Assembly: GCA_040752415.1 (NCBI GenBank)
Contig: JBFMGU010000013.1
Coordinates: 8,374 to 72,373, forward strand
Origin: Myxococcota bacterium
GTDB taxonomy: Bacteria; Myxococcota; JACRCW01
Length of the DNA stretch: 64,000 bases
Reading direction: 5' to 3'
Made by a program: the position numbers and the translations under genes. This document shows positions 50,901-61,600 of the stretch, one piece after another. Each line of letters begins with the position of its first letter. Position 1 is the stretch's first letter. The notes below the pieces were generated by a model. It searched no databases. It had not been told where the DNA came from and saw nothing but the letters and a program-made list of their open reading frames with translations.

Positions 50901-52190
50901 GGTGGCCATGGCTCCCGTCCCGCTCCAGGTGCCGGTGGTCGGGTCGTACAGCTCCGCCGAGCTCTGCGGGAAACCGTTGCTGTTGCCGCCCGCCACCAGC
51001 ACGCTGCCCGTCGCGAGGAGCGTGGCGGTGTGTTGGCTCCGCGGAATGAAGGGGGAGCCCGCGGGGCTCCACGTTCCCGTGCTGGGATCAAAGACCTCCG
51101 CGGTGGCAACGGTGGCGCTCCCGTTGTAGCCCCCCACCACCAGCACCTTTCCCGACGGGAGCAGGGTGGCGGTGTGGTCGTTCCGTGCGGCGGCCAGGGA
51201 GCCGGTGGCGCTCCACGTTCCCGTGAGCGGGTCGTACAGCTCGGCCGACGCGAGATAGCCCGGGTTGTAACCGCCCGCGACCAGGATCCTCCCGGAAGCG
51301 AGCAGCGTGGCGGTGTGGCGGGAACGCGCCGTGGCCATGGCGCTGGTGGCGCTCCACCCGGGGTCCACCACCACCGGCCCGTGCAAGCCCGTGAGATCAA
51401 CCCGCATGGCCAACGTCACCTGCCGCCCGAGCGGCCGGTACCTGCCAGCGCCCAACCCCTCCACCCCGTCCAACTGCAGCACGCCCGGCCGCGTCTCCCC
51501 GCGCTCGTCGCGCGCCACCATTCCGTGCGCGCGGAGCACGGGCATCTTCTCGTCGTTCCAGAACTCGAGGTACTCGCCGGCGTCCTTCAGGAGCCAACGC
51601 CCCGCGGGAAGCTCCACGACGTAGCGTTCCTCCATCATGCCCTCGCCACGGGGAAGGACCGCGTATTCCTCGACGCGTTGGGTCACCCAGTCCCCGTCGG
51701 ACGAGCTCCCCTCGGTGGGCACCCAGAAGCTTCGTGGACCGAAGAAGACGGCTCCGTTCCCCTGCGTCGTTTCCTGGCCATCAACCGCGGTCACCTTCCG
51801 GACCCGGAACGCATGCCCACGCGCCAGCAACTCCATCTCGCCGTCGGAGCGGCCGGGAATGCGCACGCGGAGCGCCGACTCAGGGTTGATGGGAGCGGCT
51901 GACGACGCGCCGTCACCCAACGGCCTGGCGAATTCCGGGAAGTACGCGCGCGCCAGGCCGAGCAGCGTTGCCTGGTTCTCCTCCCGACGGAACGCCTCCG
52001 CCGCGCTTGAACGCTGCTCCGCCCACGCGCGTTCGCGTTGATCCTCGCGCTCTCGCGTGCCCGACGGGACCGCACAGGACAGCCCGCCCGCCATCACCGC
52101 AAGCACCGCAATTCCCTTGATGCCCACCGGCGCGCGCACGGTGGAGACACCACCCAGCACCCTGAGCGCGCCGCTCGCCCAACGCTTCAT
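41925..52190 (-). CDS. Giant surface protein: 14 Kelch repeats, ~23 cadherin-like/Ig (tandem-95-type) repeats, TSP3-like Asp-rich region and MYXO-CTERM-like tail
   Basis: [15 protein letters not shown]...AELYDP repeats; PVA..D..TTSED...[13 protein letters not shown] repeats; DGADNC...[20 protein letters not shown]...[10 protein letters not shown]. Start re-picked at MKRW. Confidence 0.92.
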   Translation of the reverse strand: MKRWASGALRVLGGVSTVRAPVGIKGIAVLAVMAGGLSCAVPSGTREREDQRERAWAEQRSSAAEAFRREENQATLLGLARAYFPEFARPLGDGASSAAPINPESALRVRIPGRSDGEMELLARGHAFRVRKVTAVDGQETTQGNGAVFFGPRSFWVPTEGSSSDGDWVTQRVEEYAVLPRGEGMMEERYVVELPAGRWLLKDAGEYLEFWNDEKMPVLRAHGMVARDERGETRPGVLQLDGVEGLGAGRYRPLGRQVTLAMRVDLTGLHGPVVVDPGWSATSAMATARSRHTATLLASGRILVAGGYNPGYLASAELYDPLTGTWSATGSLAAARNDHTATLLPSGKVLVVGGYNGSATVATAEVFDPSTGTWSPAGSPFIPRSQHTATLLATGSVLVAGGNSNGFPQSSAELYDPTTGTWSGTGAMATSRINHTATLLGNSKVLVVGGYNGSYLYSAELYDPSSGSWSSTGAMSRDRELHTATLLPSGKVLVAGGFNGSALAFAELYDPGTGGWSSTGSMATARRRHRATLQPSGSVLVVGGLGGTTLASVESYDPTTGTWSGVTPMASAREGHTATLLPNGKTFITGGYDGTSFVATTTMYDPGGRTWNATASLTSARGMHTATLLPSGKVLVAGGYNSSYLASAELYDPATGAWSVANSLGNARRSHTATLLRSGKVLVVGGYNGSAYLSSAEIYDPATGNWSFTASLATARSDHTATLLPSGKVLVAGGYNGSSLASAELYDPSTETWTSTSAMPGAVWGGVAVLLLTDRVLVVGSLVGYVYDPATETWSTTAFMSTLRQYFAATLLTSGKVLVAGGDNGSYLSSAELYDPATNTWSTTGSLVYARRAHTLTRLPSGLVLVTGGRGISPTESEIYDPGTATFSTSATLGSQHEGPTTTLLPSGKVLTAGGANGFGGYTATAELLSVVGAQDAWRPVVTGPSVATAGASITVTGSGFRGVSSASSSNTADSPSNVPIAAIEDLGGQRLAFLTATQFSATQAQVTLPSWPVGKYLLWVQSNALPGSAVVTLQGAPVANPDAATTSEDVAVNVAVKANDSDPDGDTLTVTAVTNGAKGTTSINADNTVRYTPNLNQNGADSFTYTISDGNGGTATGTVNITINAVNDNPVANPDTLTTSEDTPANVEVKTNDSDVDGDTLTVVAVTNGAKGTASINADNTVRYTPNLNQNGADSFTYTISDGNGGTATGTVNVTITAVNDNPVAITDPLTTSEDTPADINVKTNDSDVDGDTLTVVAVTNGARGTASINADNTVRYTPNLNQNGADSFTYTISDGNGGTATGTATVTINAVNDNPVANPDSLTTSEDTPANVEVKTNDSDVDGDTLTVLAVTNGARGTASINADNTVRYTPNLNQNGADSFTYTISDGNGGTATGTVNVTITAVNDIPVANVDALTTDEDTAANVVVKANDTDADGDALTVIAVTNGARGTASINGDNTVRYTPSANANGTDSFTYTISDGNGGTATGSVNVSITAINDNPVANADNPATSEDTTVDVDVRANDTDADGDTLTVTVSTDGAKGTTSINADNTVRYTPNANANGTDTFSYAVSDGNGGTSFGTVTVTISAVNDTPVATPDDLTTAEDADLVIDVRANDTDVDGDSLSVIAATDGTLGTTTVNADHTIRYAPNPNANGSDSFFYTVSDGNGGTATGVVNVNITPVNDSPVANDDTASLDEDTSITIAVKANDSDPDGDTLTVTAVTQGANGTVSINGGNTVSFTPAANFGGTDSFTYTISDGNGGTATGTVNVTVNPINDNPTASNDTLTTSEDTAANIDVKANDTDGDGGALTVTTVTNGAKGTASINADNTVRYLPNPNESGTDSFTYTISDGNGGTATATVNVTITAINDSPVANADALTTSEDAAGNIDVKANDTDVEGNPLTVTAVSNGARGTVAINADNTVRYTPDANANGADTFTYTISDGSGGTATATVNVTITPVNDDPVAGTDSVGTSEDTPVTVDVKANDLDVDGDALTVTAVGTASNGTVTLNADQTVRYAPALDFNGTDSFTYTVSDGNGGAATGVVNVVVALGNDPPVAANDTAMTSEDVAVDVDVKANDTDPENDALTVIAVGAAGNGTVSINAGNTVRYTPNPNFSGTDSFTYTIRDIFNATSSASVTVTITAVNDAPVATADSATTNEDAAVNVDVRANDSDVEGDVLTVTAVGAAGNGALTLNADQTIRYQPALHFNGTDSFTYSISDGNGGTATGTVSVTVSAVNDAPVALDDSLTTNEDAFADLNVKANDSDVDGDALTVTAVTNGTRGAVSINADNTVRYTPDSNQNGTDSFTYTISDGNGGTATATVGVTITAVNDNPVANGDSVTTSEDAAASLNVKANDSDVDGDTLTVTAVTNGARGIASINADNTVRYAPNANANGSDSFTYTISDGNGGTATATVNVTITPVNDIPVANADVATTNEDVAVDIPATDNDTDADADTLTVSGLGTPGNGTASVNANGTIHYAPASNFNGTDTFSYTVSDGQGGTATGSVSVTVTARNDAPVALSDSATLAEDSSTDVSVLDNDGDADGDPLQVVDATGASNGVVLVNADGTVTYVPDLDFQGSDSFTYVVADGAGGTATALVSVTVTGVNDAPLASDASAATPEDQPVNVVLAGSDVDGDTVTFVLDSPPANGTLTGAAPNLTYSPGSNFNGSDSFTFHVTDGAASSAVANVSITVTSVNDAPVANGQSVTVVEDTPRSITLSATDVDGDPLSYAVVGAPTNGTLSGTAPDLTYTPDVNYNGVDSFTFRANDGSADSAVVTVSINVVGSLDAPVAEEQTITLDEDSAVPVTLTGFDAEGDPLTFTVLDPPERGTLSGDPPNLVYTPEADFHGTETFTFTVDDGVSTSAPGTITLDVQSVNDAPVADGRSVTTQLDATVGITLTGSDVDGDALQYAVLTVPTHGQLSGTPPNLAYTPDQGYLGPDEFTFTVSDGVAVSAAARVQLTVAQGNAAPVAFDASFSTPEDTSLNITLLATDPEGSTLTFQVVTTPVNGTLSGTGPNLVYTPAPNFNGRDVFTFRARDGQLDSGLATVEVTITPVNDPPVLVQPTPADDVTLTASEGNLLSFLVAATDPDGTAVTYGGTNLPAGAVVDPNIGLFSWRPTYAQAGTVTLDIYATDGTEETHRVLTAVVTFRDLDRDGVADTREGELALNAGSPDSDGDGLDDLVELVDAQAPSNVDNDSTIDALDDDSDGDGVSDADEAGDADLGTPAADTDDNGTPDFRQRDSDADGHDDGADNCRTVSNADQADTDDDGVGDACDAPDADAGVAEDAGVTTDAAVALDAGPEDAGEILDAGADAGTPDAAVTPDGAVTPDAAVTPDAAVTPDAGAPDAGEPVTVDAGKTSPDAGVSTPPEEPGTGSTPGLCRCAEAGNGPTPLLALLGAVLLAGTRRRRR

Positions 52191-52410
52191 GTCACCGACT
52201 CCCCGGACGTGGCGAGATACGCTGACGTCCCCAAGAAGACCGCGCGCAGGAGACCACGTTGGAACAATCCGAGTCCAGACCCGCCGTGGCGCGACCATGT
52301 GTGCGCGCCTCGCACTTGACGCCCTGCCCCGCAGAAGGTGCGCGGCGTCACAGGTGGCGCCCTATGTTATGGACGTCGCGCCGCGGGCAACGACGCGCTC
52401 CAGGTGAACC

Positions 52411-53442
52411 ATGACCGAGGAACTCTCGCAGCTCTCCACCCGCATCGCGTCGGCGTTGACGCGTCACACCGGCGGCGCGGTCACGGTGCGCAACCTCAAA
52501 CCGCTGCACGGCGGTGCGTGCCAGGACAACTACCGCGTGGACCTCACGTTCTCGTCGGGACCGCTCCGCGGGGAGCGACGCCTGGCCCTGCGCAGCGACG
52601 CGAAACAGAGCCTCCCCGGCTCCATCAACCGACAGCGCGAGTTCGACGTGATTGCCGCCGCGGTGCAGGCCGGCGTGCGCACTCCGGCCGCGCATTTCTT
52701 CGAGCTGGGACTGGTGCGGGAAGGCGCGGGCGCCTACTTCCTGGACTGGATCGACGGGGAGGCCATTGGTCGACGCGTGGTGCGGAACCCGGAGCTGGCG
52801 CAAGCGCGCACGTCACTGCCCGACGAGCTGGGAGCGCAACTGGCCCGCATCCACTCCGTCACGCCGCAGAACACGCCGCGCCCGCTCTTTGGTGACGACG
52901 TGGCGTGGCGGCAGGGTGCGGCGCAGGCCTCGCTCGCCGCGCTGCGACGCATGACCGACGCGCTCCCGGAGGTCCATCCCGCCGTGGAGGTGGCGCTGCG
53001 CTGGCTGGAGGACCACGTGCCCGCGCGCAACGAGATCACGCTGGTGCACGGCGACTACCGCACCGGGAACTTCATGGTGACACCGCAGGGCCTCTCCGGC
53101 GTGCTGGACTGGGAGTTCGCCCACTGGGGCGACCCCATGGAGGACCTCGCGTGGATCAGCGTGCGCGACTGGCGCTTTGGTGTGCTGGATCAGCCGGTGG
53201 GCGGGTTTTCCCGTCGGGAACCGTTCTACGCGGCGTATGAGAAGGCCAGCGGTCGCACGGTGGACACGCGCGCGGTGCGCTACTGGGAAGTCATGGGGAA
53301 CGTGCGCTGGGCGGTGGGCAGCGTCTACCAGGGCGAGCGCTACCTGGGCGGACAGGAATCCGACCTGGAGCTCATCGCCATTGCCCGTCGCGCCGTCGAG
53401 ATGGAGCACGAAGCGCTGCGCCTCATCCGCAAGGGAGCCTGA
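52411..53442 (+). CDS. APH-family phosphotransferase (LvaA/ACAD10-11 kinase-like)
   Basis: LVHGDYRTGNF, GVLDWEFAHWGDPMEDLAW and WRFG. Confidence 0.88.
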   Translation: MTEELSQLSTRIASALTRHTGGAVTVRNLKPLHGGACQDNYRVDLTFSSGPLRGERRLALRSDAKQSLPGSINRQREFDVIAAAVQAGVRTPAAHFFELGLVREGAGAYFLDWIDGEAIGRRVVRNPELAQARTSLPDELGAQLARIHSVTPQNTPRPLFGDDVAWRQGAAQASLAALRRMTDALPEVHPAVEVALRWLEDHVPARNEITLVHGDYRTGNFMVTPQGLSGVLDWEFAHWGDPMEDLAWISVRDWRFGVLDQPVGGFSRREPFYAAYEKASGRTVDTRAVRYWEVMGNVRWAVGSVYQGERYLGGQESDLELIAIARRAVEMEHEALRLIRKGA

Positions 53443-53443
53443 C

Positions 53444-53857
53444 ATGCAACAGAGACCCGACCCGAGCACGCTCCTCGACGCCGTGTGCAGCTTCCTCCTG
53501 ACCGAGGTGGCGCCGAAGATCGACGACAAGGCGCTCAGCTTCCGCGTCATGATCGCCGCCAACCTGGCCAACATCGTCAGCCAGGAGCTGCGCACCGACG
53601 AGAAGCGTCTCTCCGACGAGCTCCAGCGCCTCCAGGCCATCCTCCCCGACGTCACCGGGGACGCCTCCCAGCTGCGCACCCGCGCGGAGCGCCTGGCCGC
53701 GCTGGACACGTTGAACCGCGCGCTGGCCAGGGGACTGCGGGAACGCCACTTCTCCGGCGCGCAGATGGACACCATCCTGGAGCACGTGCGGGTGACCACG
53801 CTGGAGACGCTGGCGGTCACCAACCCGCGCTTTGACGCTTCCGACGAGATCGAGTGA
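53444..53857 (+). CDS. Small helical protein (DUF6285/LvaB-like)
   Basis: MQQRPD...LLDAV..FL..EV.P...F...IAANL...L.V.NPRF; 1-nt gap after the kinase gene. Confidence 0.72.
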   Translation: MQQRPDPSTLLDAVCSFLLTEVAPKIDDKALSFRVMIAANLANIVSQELRTDEKRLSDELQRLQAILPDVTGDASQLRTRAERLAALDTLNRALARGLRERHFSGAQMDTILEHVRVTTLETLAVTNPRFDASDEIE

Positions 53858-53864
53858 GGCCCCC

Positions 53865-55058
53865 GTGGATTTCGAGCTGAGCCCCGAGCTCAAGGTCATG
53901 CGCGGCAAGGTGCGCGCTTTTGTCGACGAGCACATCATTCCCGCGGAGCAACGCATCCTGGCGGAGGACCGGGCCGGGTCGCGGGAGACGTTGAAGGGTC
54001 TGCAGGCACGCGCCCGCGCGGAAGGCCTGTGGACGCCGCACCTGCCCGGGGAGTTTGGCGGTCTGGGTCTCGGGCCCATGGGCATGTGCACGTTGTTCCG
54101 GGAGATGGGCCGCTCCTTCGTCGGTGCCAAGGTCTTCAACTGCGACGCGCCCGACCAGGGCAACATGGACCTGCTGCTGCAGTCCGCCAGCCCCGCCATC
54201 CGTGAACGCTGGCTCCGTCCGCTCTGCAACGGCGAGATCACCAGCGCGTTCTCCATGACCGAGCCCGCCCCCGGCGCCGGCGCCGACCCGGGCAACCTGC
54301 GCACCAGCGCCGTCAAGCGCGGTGACCGCTGGGTCATCAACGGACACAAGTGGTTCTCCACCGGTGGCGGAAAGGCGGCGTTCCTCATCGTCATGGCGCG
54401 CACCAGCGACGATCCCAAGCACGGCGCCACCATGTTCGTCGTTGACCGCAAGCAGGCCGGCGTGGAGCACGTGCGGGATGTGCCCACCATGGGACCGCCG
54501 CTGCTGGATCACCTGGAAGCGGAGCTCAAGTTCCACGACGTGGAGGTGGGCGAGGAGGCCCTCCTGGGCGGCGTGGGCCAGGGTTTCCGCTTGGCCCAGG
54601 CGCGCCTGGTGCCCGCGCGACTCACCCACTGCATGCGGTGGCTGGGGCTGGCGGAGCGCACGTTGCAGATGTGCAAGGCGTACATCACCACGCGTGAGAG
54701 CTTTGGAAAGGTGCTGGCGAGACACCAGGCCATCCAGGAGATGCTCGCGGTGTCGGCGACGGAGATCCACGCCGGGAACCTCATGACCTTCCACTGCGCG
54801 TGGATGCTGGAGCAGGGACTGGCGGTGCAGGCCAAGCCCTATTCCTCCATGGCCAAGAACCACGTGGCGCGCCTGCTCTGCGACGTGCTGGACCGCGCCA
54901 TCCAGATGCACGGCGCGCTGGGCATCAGCGAGGACCTTCCGTTCTCCACCTGGTACCGCTCCGCGCGCGCCGCTCGCATTGCCGACGGGCCCGAGGAGGT
55001 CCACCGCGCCGCCATTGCGCGCGACTTCCTGCTCGGCCGCTTCGAGCTGTTGGTGTGA
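53865..55058 (+). CDS. Acyl-CoA dehydrogenase (LvaC/ACAD10-11-like)
   Basis: FNCDAPDQGNM, SAFSMTEP, WVINGHKWF, AQARL..ARLTHCMR, AIQMHGALG and RIADGPEEVH. Confidence 0.92.
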   Translation: MDFELSPELKVMRGKVRAFVDEHIIPAEQRILAEDRAGSRETLKGLQARARAEGLWTPHLPGEFGGLGLGPMGMCTLFREMGRSFVGAKVFNCDAPDQGNMDLLLQSASPAIRERWLRPLCNGEITSAFSMTEPAPGAGADPGNLRTSAVKRGDRWVINGHKWFSTGGGKAAFLIVMARTSDDPKHGATMFVVDRKQAGVEHVRDVPTMGPPLLDHLEAELKFHDVEVGEEALLGGVGQGFRLAQARLVPARLTHCMRWLGLAERTLQMCKAYITTRESFGKVLARHQAIQEMLAVSATEIHAGNLMTFHCAWMLEQGLAVQAKPYSSMAKNHVARLLCDVLDRAIQMHGALGISEDLPFSTWYRSARAARIADGPEEVHRAAIARDFLLGRFELLV

Positions 55059-55180
55059 GGCCTCCCCCGCGCTGAACACGAAAACGCCGCGGCGACTCCG
55101 CCGTCATCCCTGGATGGTGTAGAAGCGGCATCCGCATGTCCCGCTTGACCGGCGTGGCCATGGACGGGAGCCTGGTCCCC

Positions 55181-55843
55181 ATGCCCAAGAAGTCGACGCC
55201 CAAGGCCACCAGCACGCGCGCCGCCCGCAGTCAGGAGCGCAAGCAGCGCATGCTGGAGCACACCCGAAGGGAAATCCTCGAGGCCGCGGTGCGGGCGCTG
55301 GCCAAGCACGGCCCCACGAGCACCACGGTGCATCACATCGCGTCGGAAGCGGGCTTCACCGCCGCCTCGCTCTACACCTACTTCCCCAGCCGCGACGCCA
55401 TCATCGAGGCCCTGGCCGAGTCCATGATCCAGCAGGCCATGGCGATCTACGAGCTCGCGCCGCCAGAAGGGCTTTCCTTCGAGCGTCGCCTGGAGTGGTT
55501 CATCCGGCAGCACCTGTCACTGGTGGACAGTCACCGTGAAGCTTTTGGCGTGTTCACGGCGCTGCTGATGTCCGGCGCCATTCCCGAGGGTATGCGACGT
55601 CGCTACCACGAGGAGCAGGACGTGGGATTCCTCATGCACGCCCGCATGACCAGGGAATGGCTCTCCCGCCATGCCAGCGCCCGTGACCTCGGAGGACGCG
55701 CGCCGGAGGACGTGGCGTTCATCCTCGTCGGAATCGGGGTTGCGTTCTTCGTGCGCTGGCGCGCGGGTCCGCCGGACGCGTCGCTGGTCGACAGGGCACC
55801 GGAGATTGTCCAGGTGGTGCTCCACGGCATCAAGGCGCGTTGA
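55181..55843 (+). CDS. TetR/AcrR family regulator
   Basis: EILEAA...TTVHHIASEAGFTAASLYTYFPSRDAI HTH. Confidence 0.9.
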   Translation: MPKKSTPKATSTRAARSQERKQRMLEHTRREILEAAVRALAKHGPTSTTVHHIASEAGFTAASLYTYFPSRDAIIEALAESMIQQAMAIYELAPPEGLSFERRLEWFIRQHLSLVDSHREAFGVFTALLMSGAIPEGMRRRYHEEQDVGFLMHARMTREWLSRHASARDLGGRAPEDVAFILVGIGVAFFVRWRAGPPDASLVDRAPEIVQVVLHGIKAR

Positions 55844-55853
55844 GCCCCGCGGT

Positions 55854-56372
55854 TCACACGAACACCGCCGCCAGGCCGCCCAGGAACACGGTCGCCCCGA
55901 CGATCAGGAACACCGCACACGCCCCCGCGGTGATCGCCGAGAGACTGCGCCGCGGATACTCGTCGGCCGCGGGCTTCTCGGGCCAGTTGGAGTACTCGAT
56001 CGCCGCGGTTGCCACGCCAGCCCCCACGCCCAGCGCGGACATCAATCCACCGACCACCGAGAGCGAAATACCGACGAGGCGACGCGTGGAGAGCACCGGT
56101 TCCTCCTCGCGCAACGGCACCGACGACGCGCGGCGCGCGGGCCGGTCCGTTGTTGCATGACGAACCTCCACGGCGCCCTCGCCCGCGGTGGCGTCTGCCG
56201 AGGGCGCGGGAGTGGCGGGCGCCGCGTTGGTCCCGGTGGCGTCGGAAGACTCGGACGGTGTTGCCGCGGGTTCGGGCTGCGCCGGTGCAACGGGTTCGGC
56301 GGGAGCGGTGGTGGCCGGTGACTCGGTCTGGGCCGTGGCGACGAGGAACAAGGACAAGAGGACGCTGTGCAT
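55854..56372 (-). CDS. Hypothetical membrane protein
   Basis: Signal peptide, Ala/Pro/Thr linker and a C-terminal hydrophobic hairpin. Confidence 0.6.
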   Translation of the reverse strand: MHSVLLSLFLVATAQTESPATTAPAEPVAPAQPEPAATPSESSDATGTNAAPATPAPSADATAGEGAVEVRHATTDRPARRASSVPLREEEPVLSTRRLVGISLSVVGGLMSALGVGAGVATAAIEYSNWPEKPAADEYPRRSLSAITAGACAVFLIVGATVFLGGLAAVFV

Positions 56373-56377
56373 GGGCT

Positions 56378-56806
56378 TCACTCCACCGGGACGAGCGCGC
56401 TGAGGAGCACACCCGCGCCAACCGCCAGCAACACCAACGAAAACGCCGCCGCGCCGAACGCGCCAATCACCACCAACGTGCTCACGCGGTAGGCCTCGGT
56501 CCACAAGAAGCGGTCCCGGTCGTCGTCGTATTTGACGGTGGTGTCGTAGGCGAGCACGCCGTCGTCGTCCGCATGATCGACGACAATGGCCGCCATCACG
56601 ACCCCGAACAGCGCGCCGGTGACCACCGAGGCCAACGTCCCGAGACCACCCGCGGCCAGCGTGGCAATCCCCACCACGAGCTTGCCGGCGCGTCCGGTCA
56701 AGGGATCGTCGTCACCCGCGGCCGTGGAGGAGGGTGCGGGTTGGGGGTCCGCGCCGGCGGTGGGCGCGGAGAACGCAAGGAGAAGGGCAAGGGCAGCGGC
56801 GTTCAT
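56378..56806 (-). CDS. Hypothetical membrane protein
   Basis: Signal peptide and two hydrophobic segments; ATGA overlap with the TolC gene. Confidence 0.65.
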   Translation of the reverse strand: MNAAALALLLAFSAPTAGADPQPAPSSTAAGDDDPLTGRAGKLVVGIATLAAGGLGTLASVVTGALFGVVMAAIVVDHADDDGVLAYDTTVKYDDDRDRFLWTEAYRVSTLVVIGAFGAAAFSLVLLAVGAGVLLSALVPVE

Positions 56807-58599
56807 CGGTCACCTCCGGAGCCGGCCGCGACGTCGTGACGGACCAGGTCCATGGCGGATGGTTGGAGCGGCAGGCTGGCGTTCCGCACCGCGGCGCGAC
56901 CCGGCGGCGCCAACGCCGGAACCCCGGAACCATCCCGCGCGGGCGACGACGCCATCACTGGACTCTCGTCGCCGCCGCGCTCGATGGCCGGATCGAACGA
57001 ACCCACGAGGTGCGCCAGCCCCAGCCGCGCCACCTGGATGTCCAGCTCCGCCTGCGCCAGGTCCAGCTCCGCGGAAAGCTCCAGCGTGGTGGCATCCAGC
57101 ACCTCCAGCTGCGTGGCCGTCCCCACCTGGAAGAACAGCTCAGCCTGCTTGCGCGTCTTCTGCGCCATCTCCAGCGACTCCCGGTAGGTCTGCAGGTTTT
57201 CCTTGCGGGTGTTGATCTCCCGCAGGTTGCCGACGATGGCGGAGTCCAGCCGGTCCCGCAGCGTGTCGTAGCTGATGCGCGCTTCACGCGCCTTGCTCTT
57301 CGCCTCGTCCCACGCAATGTAGCGCTCGCCACCGTCGTACAGCGGGATGGAGCCATTGAGCGTGACCGCGTAGGTCAGCGGCTCGCTCTGGAAGCCCGAC
57401 GTGTTGGTGGTGGCGCGGCCCTGGGCATTGAGCGAGACCGTGGGCAACCAGCGCGCCAGCGCATCAAGCTTGTCGCGGTCCGCCATGGTGATCGCGGAGC
57501 GCGCAGCCTGCACGTCGGGACGGTGCATGGCCATGTCCAGGAGCTGCTCCTCGCTGTACAGCTCATCGATGGCAGGCACCCTGGGCAGCTCACCAACGTC
57601 AAACGCCACCTTGCGGCCAATGGACATGCCCAGCGCGGCAATCGACGCCTCGTAGGCGTTGCGGCTGGTGCGCACGTTGGCGCGGGCGCGCAGCAGGTCG
57701 GCGCGTGCACGCTGCTCCGTCAACGACGTGGCCGTGCCCAGCTTCACGCGCAACGCCACGGTCTTGAGGTGCTCCTCCATGCGGGCCACCTGCTGCTGCG
57801 CAATCTTCTCGAGACGACGGGCGGCGTGCGCGTTGAAGTACGAGACCGCGGCCATGTAGAGCACCTGCATGCGCGAGCGGCTCATGTTGTTGCGCGTGGC
57901 CGCCACACCCTCGTACGCATTGAGGAGCAGCGGGATGGCGCGCCCGTTGAAGAGCACGAACTGGAAGTTGAGGCTTCCGTTTCCCTGGTGCATCGGGTTG
58001 ATCACGATCGGGTCCCCGGCCTTGCGCGCCTCCACGGCGCCACTCTGTCGACGGAGCTGCGCAGCGATCCCGCGGTTGAGCTGCTCCTCGGCAAGGTTGC
58101 CGTCAACGCGGTTGGCCTCGGCTTCTGCCTCGTAGGCGTCGGCCTGCGCATTGAGCTGGGCGCGCTGCGCGTCCGCCTGTGCGTCGTACTGCTCCTGCGT
58201 GACCAGCTCCAGCTTCGCTTCCGGCCAGCTGAACGTGTACCCGACGCCCGCGTTGAGACGAGGGAGGAAGTTCGCCCACGCCTTGCGGGTGAGCAGCTCG
58301 GCCTGGAAGAGACGCTCCTGGGCCACACGCAGGTCCGGGTTGTGCTTCAGCGCGGCCCCCATGGCCTCCTCGAACGCAATCACCTCGCGCGCGGTCTTCG
58401 GTGGTCGCAGGCCCAACGTGCTCTCGGGTCCGCCCATGGACGTCGACGTGCGCGCGCCGCTGGCCGCGGGAGCTGACGACGTGGGTGCGGCGCCCTGCTC
58501 GCCCTGCACCTGGGCCTCCGCCCCGACGGCGGAAAGGGTGAGCGCAACCGGGATGACAACACGCAAGATGGGTGGTGGAAGCTTGTGGTGCATGGTCAT
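56803..58599 (-). CDS. TolC-family outer membrane efflux protein
   Basis: AALKHNPDL, FLPRLN, PLYDGG and VGTATQLEVLDA; downstream of the RND gene. Confidence 0.88.
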   Translation of the reverse strand: MTMHHKLPPPILRVVIPVALTLSAVGAEAQVQGEQGAAPTSSAPAASGARTSTSMGGPESTLGLRPPKTAREVIAFEEAMGAALKHNPDLRVAQERLFQAELLTRKAWANFLPRLNAGVGYTFSWPEAKLELVTQEQYDAQADAQRAQLNAQADAYEAEAEANRVDGNLAEEQLNRGIAAQLRRQSGAVEARKAGDPIVINPMHQGNGSLNFQFVLFNGRAIPLLLNAYEGVAATRNNMSRSRMQVLYMAAVSYFNAHAARRLEKIAQQQVARMEEHLKTVALRVKLGTATSLTEQRARADLLRARANVRTSRNAYEASIAALGMSIGRKVAFDVGELPRVPAIDELYSEEQLLDMAMHRPDVQAARSAITMADRDKLDALARWLPTVSLNAQGRATTNTSGFQSEPLTYAVTLNGSIPLYDGGERYIAWDEAKSKAREARISYDTLRDRLDSAIVGNLREINTRKENLQTYRESLEMAQKTRKQAELFFQVGTATQLEVLDATTLELSAELDLAQAELDIQVARLGLAHLVGSFDPAIERGGDESPVMASSPARDGSGVPALAPPGRAAVRNASLPLQPSAMDLVRHDVAAGSGGDR

Positions 58600-58642
58600 T
58601 CCTGCCCCGCAAGGAGCAAACATGGTCTGGCAGAGGATGGAG

Positions 58643-61600
58643 TCAGGCCGCGGTGGCGTCGGAGACAACCTCGGACTCACGACGCGGAGGCTTCCCGTTG
58701 TGATGCGCCCGGTGCTTCTCCCGACGGTGGCGCAGGGTCAGCTTGTCGAACCAGATGTACACCACCGGTACCACCACCAGCGTCAACAACGTCGACGTCA
58801 CCACGCCGCCGATCACTGCCACGGACATGGGCTGGCGGAACTCACTGCCCTCCGAGTGGGACAACGCGGTGGGTAGCATGCCCAGCACCATGGCGGCCGA
58901 CGTCATGAGGATGGGACGGAGCCGCGTGGGACCGGCAATGCGCAGCGCCTCGATGATGCCGTGACCCTGGTCGCGGAGCTGGTTGGCGTAGTCGACGAGG
59001 AGGATTCCGTTCTTGGTCACCAGGCCCATCAGCAGGATGATGCCGATCATCGCGGGCATGCCGAGGGGGATGTCCAGGAGGAACAGGAACGCGAACGCCC
59101 CGACGATGGCCAGCGGCAACGAGAGCATGATGGTGAAGGGGTGGATGAATGACTCGAACTGCGAAGCGAGCACGAAGTAGATGAAGAGGACGGCCAGCAG
59201 CAGCGCAATGCCCAGGTTGCTGAAGGTCTCCTGCATCCGCTCCGCCTCGCCGCCGAACTTGAACGAGTAGCCGGAGGGCTTCTGGAGCCTGGCCAGGCCC
59301 TGGTTGATCTCCGCCACCACGTCGCCGAGGGAGCGGTTGGCCACGTTGGCGGTGACGGTGATGAGACGCTCGCGGTTGATGCGCTCGATGGTGGCGGGCG
59401 TGGCGGAGGGATGCAGCGTGGTCACCTCGCGCAGCGTGACCGGCGTTCCCCGACGGGTGGGCACGCCAATGGCCAGGATGTCGTCCACCGCGTCGCGATC
59501 CGCTTCCCGCAATTGCACGCGCACGTCGATGTTGCGGTCCCCGGCGCGGAACTTGGCCACCGGGTCGCCCTCCACCGCGGTGCGCAACGTGGACGCCGCC
59601 GCCGCAAAGCTCACGCCCAGGTCCGCCACCTTGGCGCGGTCGACGACGAGCTGCTGCTCGGGCGGGCCGGGCCGGTAGCTCATGGCGATGTCGCGGGTGC
59701 CGCGCGTGTTCTTCACGATCTGGTGGACCTCGTCGGCAATCCGGCGCAGCTCCACGTAATCACTGCCACGCACCTGCAGGGAGATGGGCGCGTTCATGGC
59801 GGATTCCTCGGCCTCACCGCCCAGGCCCGCTTCACGCAGGTAGTAGGTCAGTCCCGGGACGTCGCCGAGCTGGCCGCGCAGCTCATCCATGATCATGGTC
59901 AAGGAGCGGGTGCGCTGGTCTTTGGGCGTGGTCTTCACGCGGACGGTGGCCTTGCTGACCTCCTCGTTGGGACCCACCGTGGTGTTGATGTCAATGACCT
60001 CGGGGATCTTGCGGACCAGCGCTTCCACTTGGCGCGTGACGCGGTCGGTCTGCGTGAGCGAGGTGCCCGGCGCCAACTCGATCTGCACGGAGAACTGACC
60101 CTGGTCACCGCGACCAAAGCCCTCCGTGCCCATCAGTGAAGTCAGGCTGAGGCTCCCCACGAACGCGCCCCCCGCCAGGAGCACGACGAGGATGCGATGC
60201 CGCAGCGCGAAGTCCAGGATGCCCCGGTAGACGTTGTCCATCCCATCCAGCACCCAGAGGATGGGACCGTAGATGGGGTGCTTCTTCTGCTTCTCGTGGT
60301 GATGCGGGTCGATCTTCTGCGTGAGCCGCGCGCTCATCATGGGGTCCAGCGTGAACGACACGACGAGCGAGACCAGCACCGCCGCCGCCACGGTGAGGCC
60401 GAACTGGCGAAACATGCGGCCGATGATGCCGCCGGTGAACGCCACCGGGACGAACACCGCCACGACGGTGAAGGTGGTGGCCATGACCGCCAGCGCAATC
60501 TCGGTGGTGCCCCGGCGCGCCGCGGTGAGCGGGTCGGCGCCGCGTTCCATGTGCCGGAAGATGTTCTCGCGGACCACCACGCTGTCGTCGATGAGGAGGC
60601 CGATGGCGAGCGAGAGTCCAAGCATGGACATGATGTTGAGGGTGAAGCCCAGCTGCCAGATGACGAAGAACGTCGCCACGACGGAGGTGGGCAGCGCCAG
60701 CGCGGAGATGAAGGTGGACCGCCAATCCAGCATGAACAGGAAGATGACCAGGATGGCGAAGATGGCGCCTTCAATGAGCGCGTCCCAGAGCTGCTTGACG
60801 TTGCTGCGGATGAACCGCGAGGAGTCTCCCACCTTGGTGATCGTGATGTCCGGCGGCAGGGTCTTCTGCAGCCTGGCCATGGCGGCCTCCACGCCGTCGG
60901 CGGTGGCCACGGTGTTGGTGCCGGACTGCTTCTGGATCTGGAAGGTCACCGAGGGATTCCCGTTCACGCGGGTGAGCGTGCGCGCCTCCTTGACCCCGTC
61001 AATGACCGTCCCCACGTCACGCACCCGCACCTGGGTGCCGTTGGGCATGGCAATCAGCACCACGTCCTCCACCTCGCGCGGACTCTGGAAGCGCGCCACC
61101 GCCTTGAGGCTCAGCTCCCGCGTGCCCACGCTGACGCGGCCGCCGGGAATGTCCATGGACTCCGCGCCAATGGCCTGCGCCACCTGGGCCACGGTCAGCC
61201 GGTGTGCATCCAGCCGGTCCTGGTGGAGCTCGACGCGGATCTCCCGCACGTCGCCACCCAGGAGCGTCACGCTGCCCACGCCATCCACGCGCTCCAGCAC
61301 GGGACGCACGGTGTCGTCGATGAGCTCACGCGTCTGCATGGAGGGGCGCGTGGTGCTGGAGGCGGCGTAGATCAGCACCGGGACCGCGCCCGGGTCGATG
61401 CGGGAGATGACCGGGTCCAGCGCGTCACGCGGCAGCTTCCCGCGCGCCATGGCCACCCGGTCGCGCACGTCGCTGACCGCCTGCTTGACGTCGGTCTCCA
61501 TCTTGAAGGTGACAATCACCGTGCTCACCGAGTCACGGGAGATGCTGCGCACCTCGTCAATGCCGTTGATGCCGGAGACCGCCTCCTCCACCACGCGACT

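Noticed and set aside
52411..53442. Aminoglycoside resistance kinase
   Set aside because: Motifs and operon context fit the acyl-CoA dehydrogenase-associated kinases instead.
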